NCBI RefSeq assembly: GCF_001194135.2
Contig: NC_068990.1
Span: forward strand, 17,683,712 to 17,747,711
Direction: 5' to 3'
DNA from: Octopus bimaculoides
Taxonomy: Eukaryota
DNA: 64,000 nucleotides
Part shown: one piece after another, positions 38,471-51,234 of the stretch
Layout of the letters: each line of letters opens with the position of its first letter
Numbering within the stretch: position 1 is the first letter of the stretch
Translations under genes and position numbers: made by a program
The notes under the pieces: generated by a model
Seen by the model: only the letters and a program-made list of their open reading frames with translations
What the model was told of the DNA's origin: nothing
The model's database searches: none

Positions 38471-39086
38471 ACGATAATAATTGTGAGTGATTTTATATTT
38501 TATTCATTATTGTTTGGCAAAATCATTAGAGTGTCAGACAAAAAGATGTATTATTTCTTCTGGCTCTAAACATTCTGAGCTCAAATCCTGCTGAAGTCAT
38601 CTTTGCCTTTCATTCCTTTGGGGTCAATGAAATAAAGTACCAGCCAAGGACAAAGGGGTAATGGTATCAACTGGTTCCTTTCCTTCCAATTTGCTGGCCT
38701 TGTGCTTAAATTAGAAATCATTATCGTTTTGTCTGGCCAAGAAGACCTCTATCAAGTGAGTAATCACTGAAAGGAATAGATCTGAATAGGTGCTGAAAGG
38801 TTCCTGGTTTTGGGTAAAAGAAAATACAGGAGGATCAGTTAATTATGATTTTATTTAACATATCCCCCTCTCAGATTCACACACTTATTGCAGCAGTCCT
38901 TCAGTTTTTCTAAACTCTGTAAAAGAATTCAGAAGTTTGGGTCTTCAACCAGGCCTTTCACGATACCCTTAAAGCCAGAAACTTTTCTGCACCACCTTGT
39001 AATATGGTTTCTTGGTATTATAAAATTAGTAATAATGATTAGAAAATGAATGATTAACATTTTGACCTGATTTCTTTCTAATGTAG

Positions 39087-39220
39087 GTGACATTATTGAA
39101 CTTCATGATCACCGAAGAAGGGCTGCAAGACCAGCTGCAAGGAATTGTGGTTGCCAAAGAAAGACCTGAACTGGAAGAGGAGAAGAACTCTCTCATTCAG
39201 CAAGGAGCCAAGAATAAAAA
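39087..39220 (+). CDS. DNAH7: Dynein heavy chain exon E20
   Basis: atgtag|GTG...AA|gtcagg; VTLLNFMITEEGLQDQLQGIVVAKERPELEEEKN; phase 0/2. Confidence 0.92.
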
Positions 39221-39737
39221 GTCAGGATTGTCTTTTATTTTTTGTTTTTACAGATTAGATGATGATGATGATGGTGATTTGTTAACCACTCATTAAGAGT
39301 CTTTTTGATAATTATTGTACCATTATTAACAGCACCATTATCAACATCATTGTTATGTTTTAATACTGAATTATCAACTTGGAGACAACACAACATATAC
39401 TCAAAAATGCATGCTGATTAAAGCAGAACTTAAAAATCCACGTGCAAAAAGTATCATGCCACTTACGAAACAAACCAGTATGCAAATTAGAAGGCAGTCC
39501 AAAAGGACACAAGGTGAACGCATGAAATAAAGCAGAGTCACTAAACTTAGTTCAATAGAATTAAATTTGAGCAATATAACACCACCACCACCATCAACAT
39601 CATCATTATTATCAGGATCTTTTTTGTCAATAACAAAGTTAATTTTTTGTAATGAGGATGCTTAATGAAATTTTTGTTCTAAAGTAATTCAAAGGTGACT
39701 AGTGTTTTGTCTTTTTATTTGTTCCAATTGTGTACAG

Positions 39738-39870
39738 GCAACTTAAGGAAATTGAAGACAAAATTCTTGAAGTCCTCTCAACCTCTGAAGGAAATATTCT
39801 GGAAGATGAAACTGCTATTAAAGTTCTCTCTTCTTCTAAAGCTTTAGCTGATGAAATATCAGAAAAGCAA
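39738..39870 (+). CDS. DNAH7: Dynein heavy chain exon E21 (buttress)
   Basis: gtacag|G...CAA|gtaagt; QLKEIEDKILEVLSTSEGNILEDETAIKVLSSSK; phase 2/0. Confidence 0.95.
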
Positions 39871-40597
39871 GTAAGTTCATTCACAGAGAGTTTTATTGGT
39901 CACACATTTCTTGGTTTTGTGTGTGTGTGTGTGTGCATGCATGTCCATGTGCATGTGTGTATGTGTTTGTGTGCACATGTCTGTATGCATGCATGTGTGT
40001 GCATGCACATGTGCACACATGCATGTGTGTGTTTGTGTGCATGTGTATGTATGCATGCATGTGTGCATGTGCATGTGTGTATATCTCATCATCATCATCA
40101 TCATCATAATATCCACTTTTCCTTGTTTGCATGGGTCAGACAGAAATTGTTGAGATTGAATTTCTAGGGGACCAGGTGCTCTTCTTGTTGCTAACCCTTA
40201 CCTCTTTCCAAGCAAGGTAATATTTCCTTATGACTGGAAATGTTTCCATGACCCCCTCTAAATACCCAGGTTTTCACCACTCACTGCATCCCCCCCTCCA
40301 TTCTCTACTCATGCTTCTTTGGCTTTGCCCTACCACTTATATCATGACCTCTGTACCTCAAGAATATGCCCTGGCATTTACCAACATCTATCTCTCTCTT
40401 CTTTTACTCAACCATCCCATTTATAATCTGATCCCCATCTCTTTTGAGTATGCCCGGCATTTTGCCACCATCTGTCTCCTGCTCTTTCTTGCACTCTTGC
40501 TGTCTCTCACTCTGTCTCTCCTTCTCCTGCTCTTCCCTCAGGCTGGGTAACCATGTATCCTCCTTTACAGCAGCACACCTGTTTTTGACCTCATTAT

Positions 40598-40635
<38 letters not shown>

Positions 40636-41188
40636 CTGGGCAACCATGTACCTCCCACCTGCCAATTCACTGCCTTACCCAATATATTACTGGTATTTAT
40701 TTTATTGATCTCAGAGGGATGAAAAATAACCCTTTGGTCATCATTTTCCTGCTGAAATACACTTCCTTTGTTTCAATTCANNNNNNNNNNTTTGGAAAAT
40801 AACAAAGACTTTAGTAGAATGGCTTTGCCCTTATTAAGCTGGAATGTTTTGGAACATAAATTAGTTTGAAATTTTGTTGGAAGGCTTTCATTTAGATCGT
40901 ATTAAATCTGAAAGTAATATCAGAGAACTGCAGGTGGTCTCAGGTGTGTTCATGCTGAGAGAATTGAAGTTGATTCCAGCATGTTTCAAACCTGTGCCTA
41001 ATGAGACCAGATTAAAGCTTTAAGATATTTCGTCTTGTCTTTTGTTTCTCTTCATCTGTAAACTTCCTTCCTTTTTCTTATAAAACATCTTAAAATATTC
41101 TATTTTATTAAATTTGTTTTCCCTTGTGTTTGGCTTTTCTCATATTTTTTCCATTATTTTACTTTTATTTTCTTTTATTTTCATCCAG

Positions 41189-41467
41189 GCAATTGCTGAA
41201 GAAACTGAGAAAAAATTAGACATTGCACGTAGTAGCTACGAAGAAATCTCTGTTCACTCGACTATTTTATTTTTCTCTATTGCTGACTTAGCCAATATTG
41301 AACCTATGTACCAATATTCGTTGACCTGGTTTATAAATCTATTCCTCTTGTCAATTGAAAATGCTGAGCAATCCGAAAATCTCTCGGTACGACTGGAAAA
41401 CCTGCATACCCATTTCACTTATTCTCTCTATGTAAATATTTGTCGGTCTCTGTTTGAAAAAGATAAG
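41189..41467 (+). CDS. DNAH7: Dynein heavy chain exon E22
   Basis: atccag|GCA...AAG|gtatgt; [19 protein letters not shown]...[10 protein letters not shown]; phase 0/0. Confidence 0.95.
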
Positions 41468-41814
41468 GTATGTATTAATTTAAAGATAACATATGTTAAA
41501 CTTTAGGCGTGCATATTTTTGTTTGTTTTACATCTGTTTTTCCGTCCTTGCATGGGTTGTTTGATTACATTATTTAAAACATTGTTTTGCTGCCAGATAG
41601 CCTTCCTGGTAGAGGCTACATTCACCTAAGGTGGATGTAAGGAAGTTACGGTGTTGCATTCAATTCCTGGTTGTGTGTTGTGTCCTTGAGCAAGACACTT
41701 TATTTCTTGTTGCTCCAGTCCACTCAGCTGGCAAAAATTAGCCGTACCTGTAATTGAAAGAGCCAGCCTTGTCACACTCTATGTCATGTTGAATCTCCTT
41801 GAGAACTACATTAA

Positions 41815-42320
41815 CAGGACATGTATGAGTGATTCAGACGTTTCAAGATGACCGAAAAAAATGTCAATTTTGGTAAATATTCTGGGAGACCTGCAACCAG
41901 CCAAACTGAGAAAAACATTGCAGACATGTGTGCAGCTGTAAGGGGAAATCATCAAATTACCATCCATGAGTTATCAGGGGATGTGCAGATTAGTTACGGT
42001 TCAGTTCAGTCCATTATCACTGAAGATTTGGGTATGAGACACATGTCTGCCAAATTTGTGCCAAAACTGCTTTCAGTTGACCAAAAAGACACTTGGGTTT
42101 CAGTTGCACAAGGTCTCCTTGATTGTGTTGAGAACGATGAAAGCTTTTTGAAAACTTTGTGTAGGCCTCTGAGCAGGTATCACCAAACTTTTGGCAAAAT
42201 TTGATGCAGATTCTCTGCTCAACTTTCTCTGTCATGGTCAATGCGATGATCACACACTACACACCTTCCTTCCAAGCACTGCTGTAAACAGCAAAAGGGA
42301 GCTAGGACATTAAAACTCAG
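41815..42320. mobile_element. Internally rearranged mariner: HTH segment on +, N-terminus and 5' UTR on -
   Basis: + strand SGRPATSQTEKNI...LGMRHMSAKFVPKLL...ESFLK; - strand MTEKVEQRICIKFCQKFGDTCSEAYTK from 42235. Confidence 0.85.
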
Positions 42321-42935
42321 AGTAGTTGGTGTTAGGAAGGGCAACCAGCTGTAGAAACATTGCCAGATTAGATCGGAGCCTGGTGCAGCCACTAACATTC
42401 CAGACTTTAGTCAAACCGCCCAACCCATGCCAGTATGGAAAACGGACGTTAAACGATGATGATGATGATGATCTAGTATTTTAAATGTTACTAGTTTGTT
42501 CTATGATAAGGCAGAGAGTCCTACTTCTAAGAAACAGTGAATCTATTAAGTTTTACAATCTTTACAACTGTTTTCCTTTTATTCTTTTGCTGGTTTCAGC
42601 CATTGGTGTAGTCAGATTAACTGCAGCACTTACTTTTACCTTCTGCAATTTACTTCACTGACCTTATAAAGACAAAATACTAAGTAGATCTCGCCTGAAT
42701 TTGAACTCAGGATATGAAGGGCCTTTTACCATATACCATCAAGTATTTTGTTTGACAATTTACCCATTCTACCCTATAATGTCCAATTATTAAGTCATCT
42801 CATATAATTTGAATAATATTGTATCTTCTAAATTTTTCATTAAAGAACTGACGTACATTTTATTTGCTGGTGTATTTTTTTTTTTGTTGTTCTGTTACTT
42901 CTGAAACATCTGCTATTTTATATTATTTCTTTCAG

Positions 42936-43181
42936 CTGCTGTTCTCGTTTTTGCTGTGTACCAATATTTTAAAGCATAAAAAGGAAGTTAATGAAGAGGA
43001 ATATCGGTTCTTATTAACTGGAGGAATTGGTTTAGAAAATCCACATGTCAACCCAACTGATTGGCTACCACCAGAGTCATGGGATGAAATCTGTCGACTA
43101 GATGAACTTAGTCATTTCCGCAATATTCGACTAAAGTTTTCCAAGGAATGTGACCCATGGAAGGTCATCTATGATAGTCTT
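42936..43181 (+). CDS. DNAH7: Dynein heavy chain exon E23
   Basis: tttcag|CTG...CTT|gtaagt; LLFSFLLC...[14 protein letters not shown]...[13 protein letters not shown]; phase 0/0. Confidence 0.95.
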
Positions 43182-43799
43182 GTAAGTTAACCATTTATTT
43201 GCTGTGTATACATAATTGCTGTATCTGTCTGTTTGCTTGTGTGTGTGTGTATATGTGTGTCCTTCCTACTGTGGAGTAGTGGGTGGAATTCCAGTTTAAG
43301 CTCCATATAAAATTGCCCCCCCCCCCCTACCTCCATGACCTTTTTATTTTGGGTAATTTTCAGAAAATTTTTGTGAATTGGTGTTCTGCACATAAGAATT
43401 TACACTTTTGAAAAAAAAAGAAGAAATATTTAAAAAAACTTTTTATCCATCTCCCACCCACCTTATAAATTCTAAAAGTTCCACTCTTTTTTGAATTTTT
43501 CTTTTAAATGAGACTTTAAAATACAGACAGTATGAATTTTTTGCTTAAATCCCAACAATGGTGCACCCTTGGGTGCATCATCATTCCATTAAATGTGTTT
43601 ACGGGAAGAAAAATGTTGAAAAATATCAATACACGTCAGAGTAATAAAGCAAGGTATCAGATGGTTGTGAAATGTGCTAAAAATAACAGCTAAATTGCTC
43701 TTACACACAAAATTTTTGTATAATCGTATAAATTCCCATGTATAGAACACAAATTCACAAAAATTTTCTGAAAATTCCAAAAAAATAAAAAAAGGTTAC

Positions 43800-44280
43800 G
43801 CGGGGTTATATGGGCTGCAGAAACCAGAATTCCACCAAACAGTGTATGATAACAAACCTGCACAAACGGGGTATACAAAAGAACCAGCTGTGTAGGCTTA
43901 GTTGGAGGGAGGGGAACCCTGGTATGCAACTTTTCAGGATGTAAAACAGCACATACCCAAAGGAGTTGCAGGTAGTACCATCACAAGGTACACACAACAC
44001 TTAGATCTTGGAGCAAAAGAGATGTAAGAAACACCGACAGGTTAGGGGAAAACAACAACAGAAAAGTTTATGAGGGAAGGAGAAAAGCCATTAACTACAG
44101 CAAAAAGAACAAGCAGTTCACTACAAGAGGCCCAACTATGGGATGTGAAAGTAGACATCGGGGAAAGGTTACAGTTTCCCAGGTCATTCAGACAACCCTG
44201 AGGCTGGACATAGTTTTGTGGTCTGAGAAGGTAAAGAAGATAACCTTAATCGAATGTACAGTCCCATGGAAAGAAGGGTG
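43800..44280 (+). mobile_element. HERO-like RLE LINE C-terminal fragment (zinc knuckle plus endonuclease), decayed
   Basis: TVYD, NLHKRG..LC, FSGCKTA, WDVKVDIGERLQFP, TLRLDIVLWSEKVKKITLIECTVPWKE across frameshifts. Confidence 0.7.
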
Positions 44281-44735
44281 TGTGTGCGTGCGTGTGTGTG
44301 TGTGTGTGTGTGTGTGCATAAGAGTATAATATAGTATACAAATATTTAAGGCCTGGGGTGGAAAATACAAAATAACTGTGATGTATAGTAACAGTAAGTT
44401 GTTGGTGAGCTGAGTCTTCAACACAAGCCTTGGTTCTTTCTGAGACATTCCACATCACTTGATCCTTATATATCTACAATTTCCAGCTACAAAAAATATC
44501 TAGAAAAGGATTTTTCTGGGGCAAGCTTGTCATGTTCTGCATGCTCTATGTGAAAACCTAACCTTTCAGATCCAACATTTTCTTTTCAAAAAAAAAAACA
44601 AAAAAAAAACAGAAAGAAGTGATAAGCATTTTACTTGATCTTTTCCTCTCTTTCCTTTTCAACAACATCACTGCAGAAATTGTCATTCAAAAATAAAATT
44701 TATTATTTTATTTTTACCGATTTCCCAATAAACAG

Positions 44736-44828
44736 CATCCACAGAAAGAACCTTTGCCCAACGATTGGAATGATAAACTTAAGGAGTTTCAGAAAATGTT
44801 AATTCTACGATGTTTTAGACCTGACAAG
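44736..44828 (+). CDS. DNAH7: Dynein heavy chain exon E24
   Basis: aaacag|CAT...AAG|gtaggt; HPQKEPLPNDWNDKLKEFQKMLILRCFRPDK; phase 0/0; absent from the ORF track. Confidence 0.93.
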
Positions 44829-45036
44829 GTAGGTTTGCATTTTGTTTAAGATTACTTCTAAATGATGAAGTGTATCCAAAGTAAAGCAACTTGTGACTGT
44901 TTGACAAGAAGAATGATAATTTGCTTTCTAAAATACTTGTAAGTCCCCCACATGAAATATTAGTCCCTACTTCTTTCTATAATACACACATGGCTGGTGC
45001 CATGTAAAAAGCACTCATGCTGGTGCCACTTAATAA

Positions 45037-45140
45037 GCACCTGTGCTGGTGCCATGCGAGAGGCACCTGTGCTGGTGCCATGCGAGAGGCACCTGTGCTG
45101 GTGCCATGCGAGAGGCACCTGTGCTGGTGCCATGCGAGAG
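45037..45140 (+). repeat. 4 x 26-bp perfect tandem repeat inside an RTE 3' UTR
   Basis: GCACCTGTGCTGGTGCCATGCGAGAG x4, with degenerate flanking units. Confidence 0.95.
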
Positions 45141-46407
45141 GCACCTGTACTGGTGCCACATAAAAAACACCCAGTATACTCTGTAAACTGGTTGGCACTA
45201 GGAAGGGCTTCCTGCCATAGAAACCCTTCAAAAACAGATAATTGGGGCCTGGTGCAGCTTTCTGGTCTGCCAGCTCCTGTCAAACCATCCAACCTATGCC
45301 AGCATGGAAGACGGATGTTAGATGATGACAATGATGATGATGATGATGATATGTTTTTGTTTCCGATCCTTTTTATGTCTACCAATTTTAAGGAATATCC
45401 TTATAAACTATTTGTAGTTGTTCTTTGCTGTCCCAAGATGTTTTTTAATCTCTTTGTGAGGAGGGAGGGTAGTGTCCCATGACCCATTACAGGACCTCCG
45501 AGGCTAGCGAGAAGAGGGTGGAAAGTATCATCAAAGCAGAAACCTGGCCTAAACGCTTCCAACTGAATAGACTCTGCTACAGACACCTAAGATGCTAAGT
45601 GATGGTGTTGAACAGGGTGATGGATTAAGCCCACCACCCAATTAGGTCATGGTGGGATTTGAACTCAGAAAGTAAAGAGCTGGAACAAATACCACAAGGC
45701 ATCTGACCTAATGTTCTTATAATTCTTCCAGTCGATTCCTTTAGATTGGTGCTTATTTTTTATCAACCCCTTTTTATCAAAGGATGAAAGGAGAAGTTGA
45801 TCCCAGTGAGATTTGAACTCAGAGTGCTGAGGGATGGAACAATTACCATAAGGCATCTGGTCTGATATTCTAATAACTCCACTTTGGATTGCTACATTTT
45901 TATTTATCAGCTATGGAATGATAAAGGGCAAAGTTGACCTCAGCAGGATTTGAACTCAAAGTGTAGAGACTCAGAACAAATGCTGTGAAGCAGTCTGTCC
46001 AATGCTCTAATGATTCTGCTAATTGTTTAAAAAAGTTAATTTTGGTCAAATAGGAAACAATAAAATCCCAATGAGCCTGCATCCTTAACCTAGTTTTGAA
46101 ACCAATTCTCTTAGATAACTATATTGATGGTAAGTCCTGTAACCCATTAAGTCATAGGGCAACTACCAAAGATTACCCAGGGTAAGTCAAGTCAATGTGG
46201 GGGCCTTTACATGGTTGCTGAATCTGGTAAAAACAGCAGCTAAATCTCCCTCAAATCACATCTTATTGTTATGAATAAGAGAAAGGACATATTGGCTAAT
46301 GTAATCCTTCATATCCCTAATAAAGATAGATAGTCATGGATGGACTGTCTTTGATTGCGAATCATTTTCGTTTCATAGTTGAAGTATTTCTGGTTTTACT
46401 TTTGCAG

Positions 46408-46584
46408 ATGATTCCTGCTGTACAAGATTTTGTTACTTTGAAACTTGGCAAGAAATACATTGAACCACCTCCATTTGATCTTCCAAATTCTTTCAATGAT
46501 AGTAATTGCTGTTCTCCCTTACTTTTTATTTTGTCCCCTGGAGCTGATCCTATGGCAGCGCTATTGAAGTTTGCCGATGATCAG
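46408..46584 (+). CDS. DNAH7: Dynein heavy chain exon E25 (AAA6)
   Basis: ttgcag|ATG...CAG|gtgagt; YIEPPPFDL...[20 protein letters not shown]; phase 0/0. Confidence 0.95.
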
Positions 46585-47274
46585 GTGAGTTCTTTTGTTT
46601 TTCATAATTTAGGGAAAAAGGTATTGTGACATTAAAAAAAACACAAAACAAACATGTCTATGCAACAATCATTTCCATCTAACCATAAAAAAGAAAAAAA
46701 ATTACTGTAAAATTAAATATTTCTGTGATTGCAAAATCAGCTGAGATTATTTTTCAGTAAACCTTGTAGTTAACCCTCAGATGGAAAAATTGATAGTTCA
46801 GGTTTAATTGCCAGATGGTACCATTTGATTATTATGTGCCTTTATAAGAATCCTCTCTGTTGTTGGCATTTGGACCAAGTCTCTGGTCTAAAGACAACCC
46901 ATAATTCATGGTTTCTGTCTCTGTGTCTTCCACCAGTTTTGGAGGCCTTGGAACTCTCAATAGTGTTTCTCTTATATAATACAGGGTAGCCCTGTATCTC
47001 TTCTACAGCAAGATGCCTTTCCCTGAGCCTCTATTATACCTTAGCTTCTCAACTCCGTGTCTTATGAGTTACTTGGCAACTTCACTTACACTGGTTCCAC
47101 AAAAATGCACCAATACATTCTGTAAAGTAGTTGACATTGGGAAGGGCATCCAGCTATAGAAACCATGCTAAAGCAGATATAGGAGTTCAATACAGCCCTC
47201 CAGCTAGTTGGATCCTGTCATACCATCCAACCCATACCAGTATGGAATATGGATGTTAAATGATGACAATGACA

Positions 47275-47343
<69 letters not shown>

Positions 47344-47558
47344 ATGTATGTATGTATGTATGTATGTATGTATCCATCCACCCTTCCCTCCCTGTTTCTA
47401 TGATACAAACTTCTTGATTACAGCTTAATAATGACAAAGTTATTTTACTAAATTCCTTGTTATTTTCAAAATTCATTGGAACAAAGACAATACGGTTACA
47501 AGAGTTAAAGAATGTCTCCTACATGTTCTATATTTATGTATATTTTTTTTCATTGTAG

Positions 47559-47720
47559 GGTTTTGGTGGTTCCAAATTTGATTCACTGTCTTTAGGACAA
47601 GGTCAAGGACCTATTGCCCTAAAGATGATTCAAAATGCTGTTAAAGAAGGCTGTTGGGTACTGCTACAGAATTGCCATTTAGCTTCATCTTGGATGCCAA
47701 CTTTAGAGAGAGTCTGTGAA
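47559..47720 (+). CDS. DNAH7: Dynein heavy chain exon E26 (AAA6)
   Basis: ttgtag|GGT...GAA|gtatgt; [12 protein letters not shown]...[24 protein letters not shown]; phase 0/0. Confidence 0.95.
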
Positions 47721-47846
47721 GTATGTTTAAATTGATTGAAATATTTCCAACTATAAACAGACAAGTTAGAAAGATTGCGGTAAATGGGTGATGTAGATTG
47801 TGAGGTGTGTGTTGTCAGGCAGGAAGGTCAAGAATGTGGTAATTGG

Positions 47847-47897
47847 TATGGTTAACCAGTTACCCATCAACGACATTCCCTGTTTCTATCTTACAAA
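47847..47897 (+). repeat. Perfect 51-bp copy of exon E27 sequence (48891-48941) in the preceding intron
   Basis: TATGGTTAACCAGTTACCCATCAACGACATTCCCTGTTTCTATCTTACAAA identical at both sites. Confidence 0.95.
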
Positions 47898-48424
47898 GCA
47901 AATCATAAAAGCAATATTTTTATGAAGTCAGTAGTTTCTGAGTTCAGTGTTTTGTTTGACAATGCTTAGCACTTATTATTTCCTTTAACTCAAGTTTTAA
48001 CCCTTTTGAAACCAACCTATTTTAGACCACTCTTAGTTGTATGATGCAAACTTCCTGTTTTAAAATGATCTAAATTAAAACCTACCTTCAAAATTTCATG
48101 TTAACCTATGTTCCAAACACCGGCTTAATAATGACTAAGTTGCTGTACTAAATTCTTCATTATTTTCAAAATCAATTGAAAGAAAAGCAAAAATATGGTA
48201 ATGAAAAGGTTAATTCTCTCTTTCCTTTCCACTCAGTAGCACTCAACCTTCAATCAAAATTTCTAAAGTGTGATTAAATCAACAAAAAAAAGAGTGTGAT
48301 GTGTGAAAGTTGACCTGATTGGATTTGAATTCAAACTGTAAAAGGGAAAGAGCTAAATTGTAATATAAAATATATCACAATTTGTGAACAATAGTATCTT
48401 GTTAACAAATCTCTGGCTCTCTAC

Positions 48425-48610
48425 ATTTCTGACAGTGGAAGTGACTATTGTGTGCCTTTATAAGAACCCTCTTTGTTGTTGGCATTTGGACCAAGTCTCT
48501 GGTCTAAAGACAACCCATAATTCATGATTTCTGTCTCTGTGTCTTCCACCAGTTTTGGAGGTCTTGGAACTATCAATAGTGTTTCTCTAAATTTCTGACA
48601 GTGGAAGTGA
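48425..48610 (+). repeat. 143-bp copy of 46830-46972 (137/143 identical) flanked by a perfect 20-bp direct repeat
   Basis: ATTTCTGACAGTGGAAGTGA at 48425-48444 and 48591-48610. Confidence 0.92.
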
Positions 48611-48853
48611 TAAGAGAGTTTCTATACTCAGTGGACTTTGTGTTGGTTCTACCCCAGTGTTTATATATCATCTGCTGATATATGTCAAAAAGTCTCAACA
48701 CAAACACAATACCTATTCACGTACAACAAATATCCACAGATCCTGTGTGCCAGATTCCACTCACAAAGAAATATATTACATCCTATTTAAATCTACTCCC
48801 CTTTGAAGAATTCTAACTCATCAATGATTTATATCTTTTGAAATGTTTCTCAG

Positions 48854-49054
48854 GAATTTCATCCAGAGCGGACTCATCCAGACTTCCGATTATGGTTAAC
48901 CAGTTACCCATCAACGACATTCCCTGTTTCTATCTTACAAAATGGTGTCAAAATGACCAATGAACCACCCAAGGGATTGAAAGCCAACATTGTAAGATCT
49001 TATCTCAGTGATCCAATATCGGACGCAGAATTTTTTGAAGGATCACAAAATCCT
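48854..49054 (+). CDS. DNAH7: Dynein heavy chain exon E27 (AAA6)
   Basis: tctcag|GAA...CCT|gtgagt; [38 protein letters not shown]; phase 0/0. Confidence 0.95.
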
Positions 49055-50119
49055 GTGAGTATATTTCAATATATTTTCTTTCTTTTATATAACTACTTAA
49101 TTAGAAGAAGGAAGGGCAAAGCCAATCATCTTTAAAATAATAACGAGCATTGCCCTTTTTTTAAGGTTGGTGTGAGGAAGAGAGGAGTTTGAATCTTTAT
49201 TGAGATTGATGTTTTCCTTCCACCTTACGAGTGTAAAATAGGGACCAGTTAAGTGCTGGGTTTGTTAACTAATTTACGATTTATATTTATGAAATACTTT
49301 GCATGGATAGGCCTACGCTGAATGCCTATAGTATACTGACTCTGCTGGTGGCACCAATAAGCCAGATAACAGTGTTAAACTGGGTGATTGGGTGATGGGT
49401 TATGTTTAACACTCAATAAGAGGAATGGTTCTTTTAACAGGTTTCAACACACTTGTTTCTATCCATCAAAATACATTCACAATGCTTTGGATGATCCAAG
49501 GCTATGGACAAAGGCACTTGCTCAGTATATATATATATATATATATNNNNNNNNNNNNNNNNNNNNNNNNNNNNNNNNNNNNNNNNNNNNNNNNNNNNNN
49601 NNNNNNNNNNNNNNNNNNNNNNNNNNNNNNNNNNNNNNNNNNNNNNNNNNNNNNNNNNNNNNNNNNNNNNNNNNNNNNNNNNNNNNNNNNNNNNNNNNNN
49701 NNNNNNNNNNNNNNNNNNNNNNNNNNNNNNNNNNNNNNNNNNNNNNNNNNNNNNNNNNNNNNNNNNNNNNNNNNNNNNNNNNNNNNNNNNNNNNNNNNNN
49801 NNNNNNNNNNNNNNNNNNNNNNNNNNNNNNNNNNNNNNNNNNNNNNNNNNNNNNNNNNNNNNNNNNNNNNNNNNNNNNNNNNNNNNNNNNNNNNNNNNNN
49901 NNNNNNNNNNNNNNNNNNNNNNNNNNNNNNNNNNNNNNNNNNNNNNNNNNNNNNNNNNNNNNNNNNNNNNNNNNNNNNNNNNNNNNNNNNNNNNNNNNNN
50001 NNNNNNNNNNNNNNNNNNNNNNNNNNNNNNNNNNNNNNNNNNNNNNNNNNNNNNNNNNNNNNNNNNNNNNNNNNNNNNNNNNNNNNNNNNNNNNNNNNNN
50101 NNNNNNNNNNNNNNNNNNN

Positions 50120-50151
<32 letters not shown>

Positions 50152-50979
50152 CGTAAGGATCAATTTTTCCCACACGTCTGCACACAAACTTTGCTAACAC
50201 TTTGTATTCCTTCTTTTCTTTATTATTAATAAAGTTATCATCCATTTATTATGGCCTACATTATGTAGGGGGATTTTAGGGATCATTGTCCCTATTTAAC
50301 CCATGAGGTCTAATTTATGATTCAGTCCAGATTGCAAAGCCAAACAAGTTTGACACCCCTGGACTTTACTCTTCTGCAACAGATTTCTGGCTTTGTAACA
50401 AAATTTGAATTTCTTAAAAAAGAAATAGTTTCTGTAGAGGGAGTCATGGTAGTGTTGTTGTTGTTGTTATTGTTTAGACTGGGTATAAGTAACTTTTATC
50501 AGCAAGTGGGATGCAAAAGACATGGCTCATCATCAAGTAAGCCACACTTTTTTAAAGAAATTCAAGTTAATTTTTTTGTTGGCATGCCACTTAGAAATTT
50601 CCACAGGTCGCAGTTTGCCCTTGACTAGTTTGGACCCAGCTTTGCCCTGGTGCAGCAGATCTTTAACCAAAGATGTTCCAATGATAGCAGCCGTCTTTTT
50701 TATTTGTTATTTTTTAAACTGATTTAAAACACCTTGAACTATATTATTTAATGACACCTTTGTTTTTTTAAGGTGGAAGGGTCCAATTTGAGGGAGAATT
50801 GGCTGCTACTTCTAGCAGGTCAAGAGCCTCCCTCTGTAGTTCATCATTTTAGCAGTGATGGCTGTACTAGTGTGCAATAGTTGTAGAACTAGGAGTATAG
50901 GTATAATGTGTTACATGGTGAAAATATATGGAATTATTGTAACAAAAATGGAAAACTAAAAGCGTTTTTTTTTTTTTAA

Positions 50980-51234
<255 letters not shown>

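Noticed and set aside
39221-39296. ORF extension with DDDDDG after exon E20
   Set aside because: Intron read-through; the GT donor at 39221 gives the right phase for E21.
39877-40153. Several His/Met/Cys/Val-rich ORFs
   Set aside because: Degenerate (TG)/(CA) microsatellite.
45037-45140. CRISPR-like array
   Set aside because: Units are contiguous with no spacers, in a eukaryotic LINE UTR.
45420-45640. GC-richer unique-looking stretch, possibly a LINE 3' UTR
   Set aside because: No motif or second copy to support a call.
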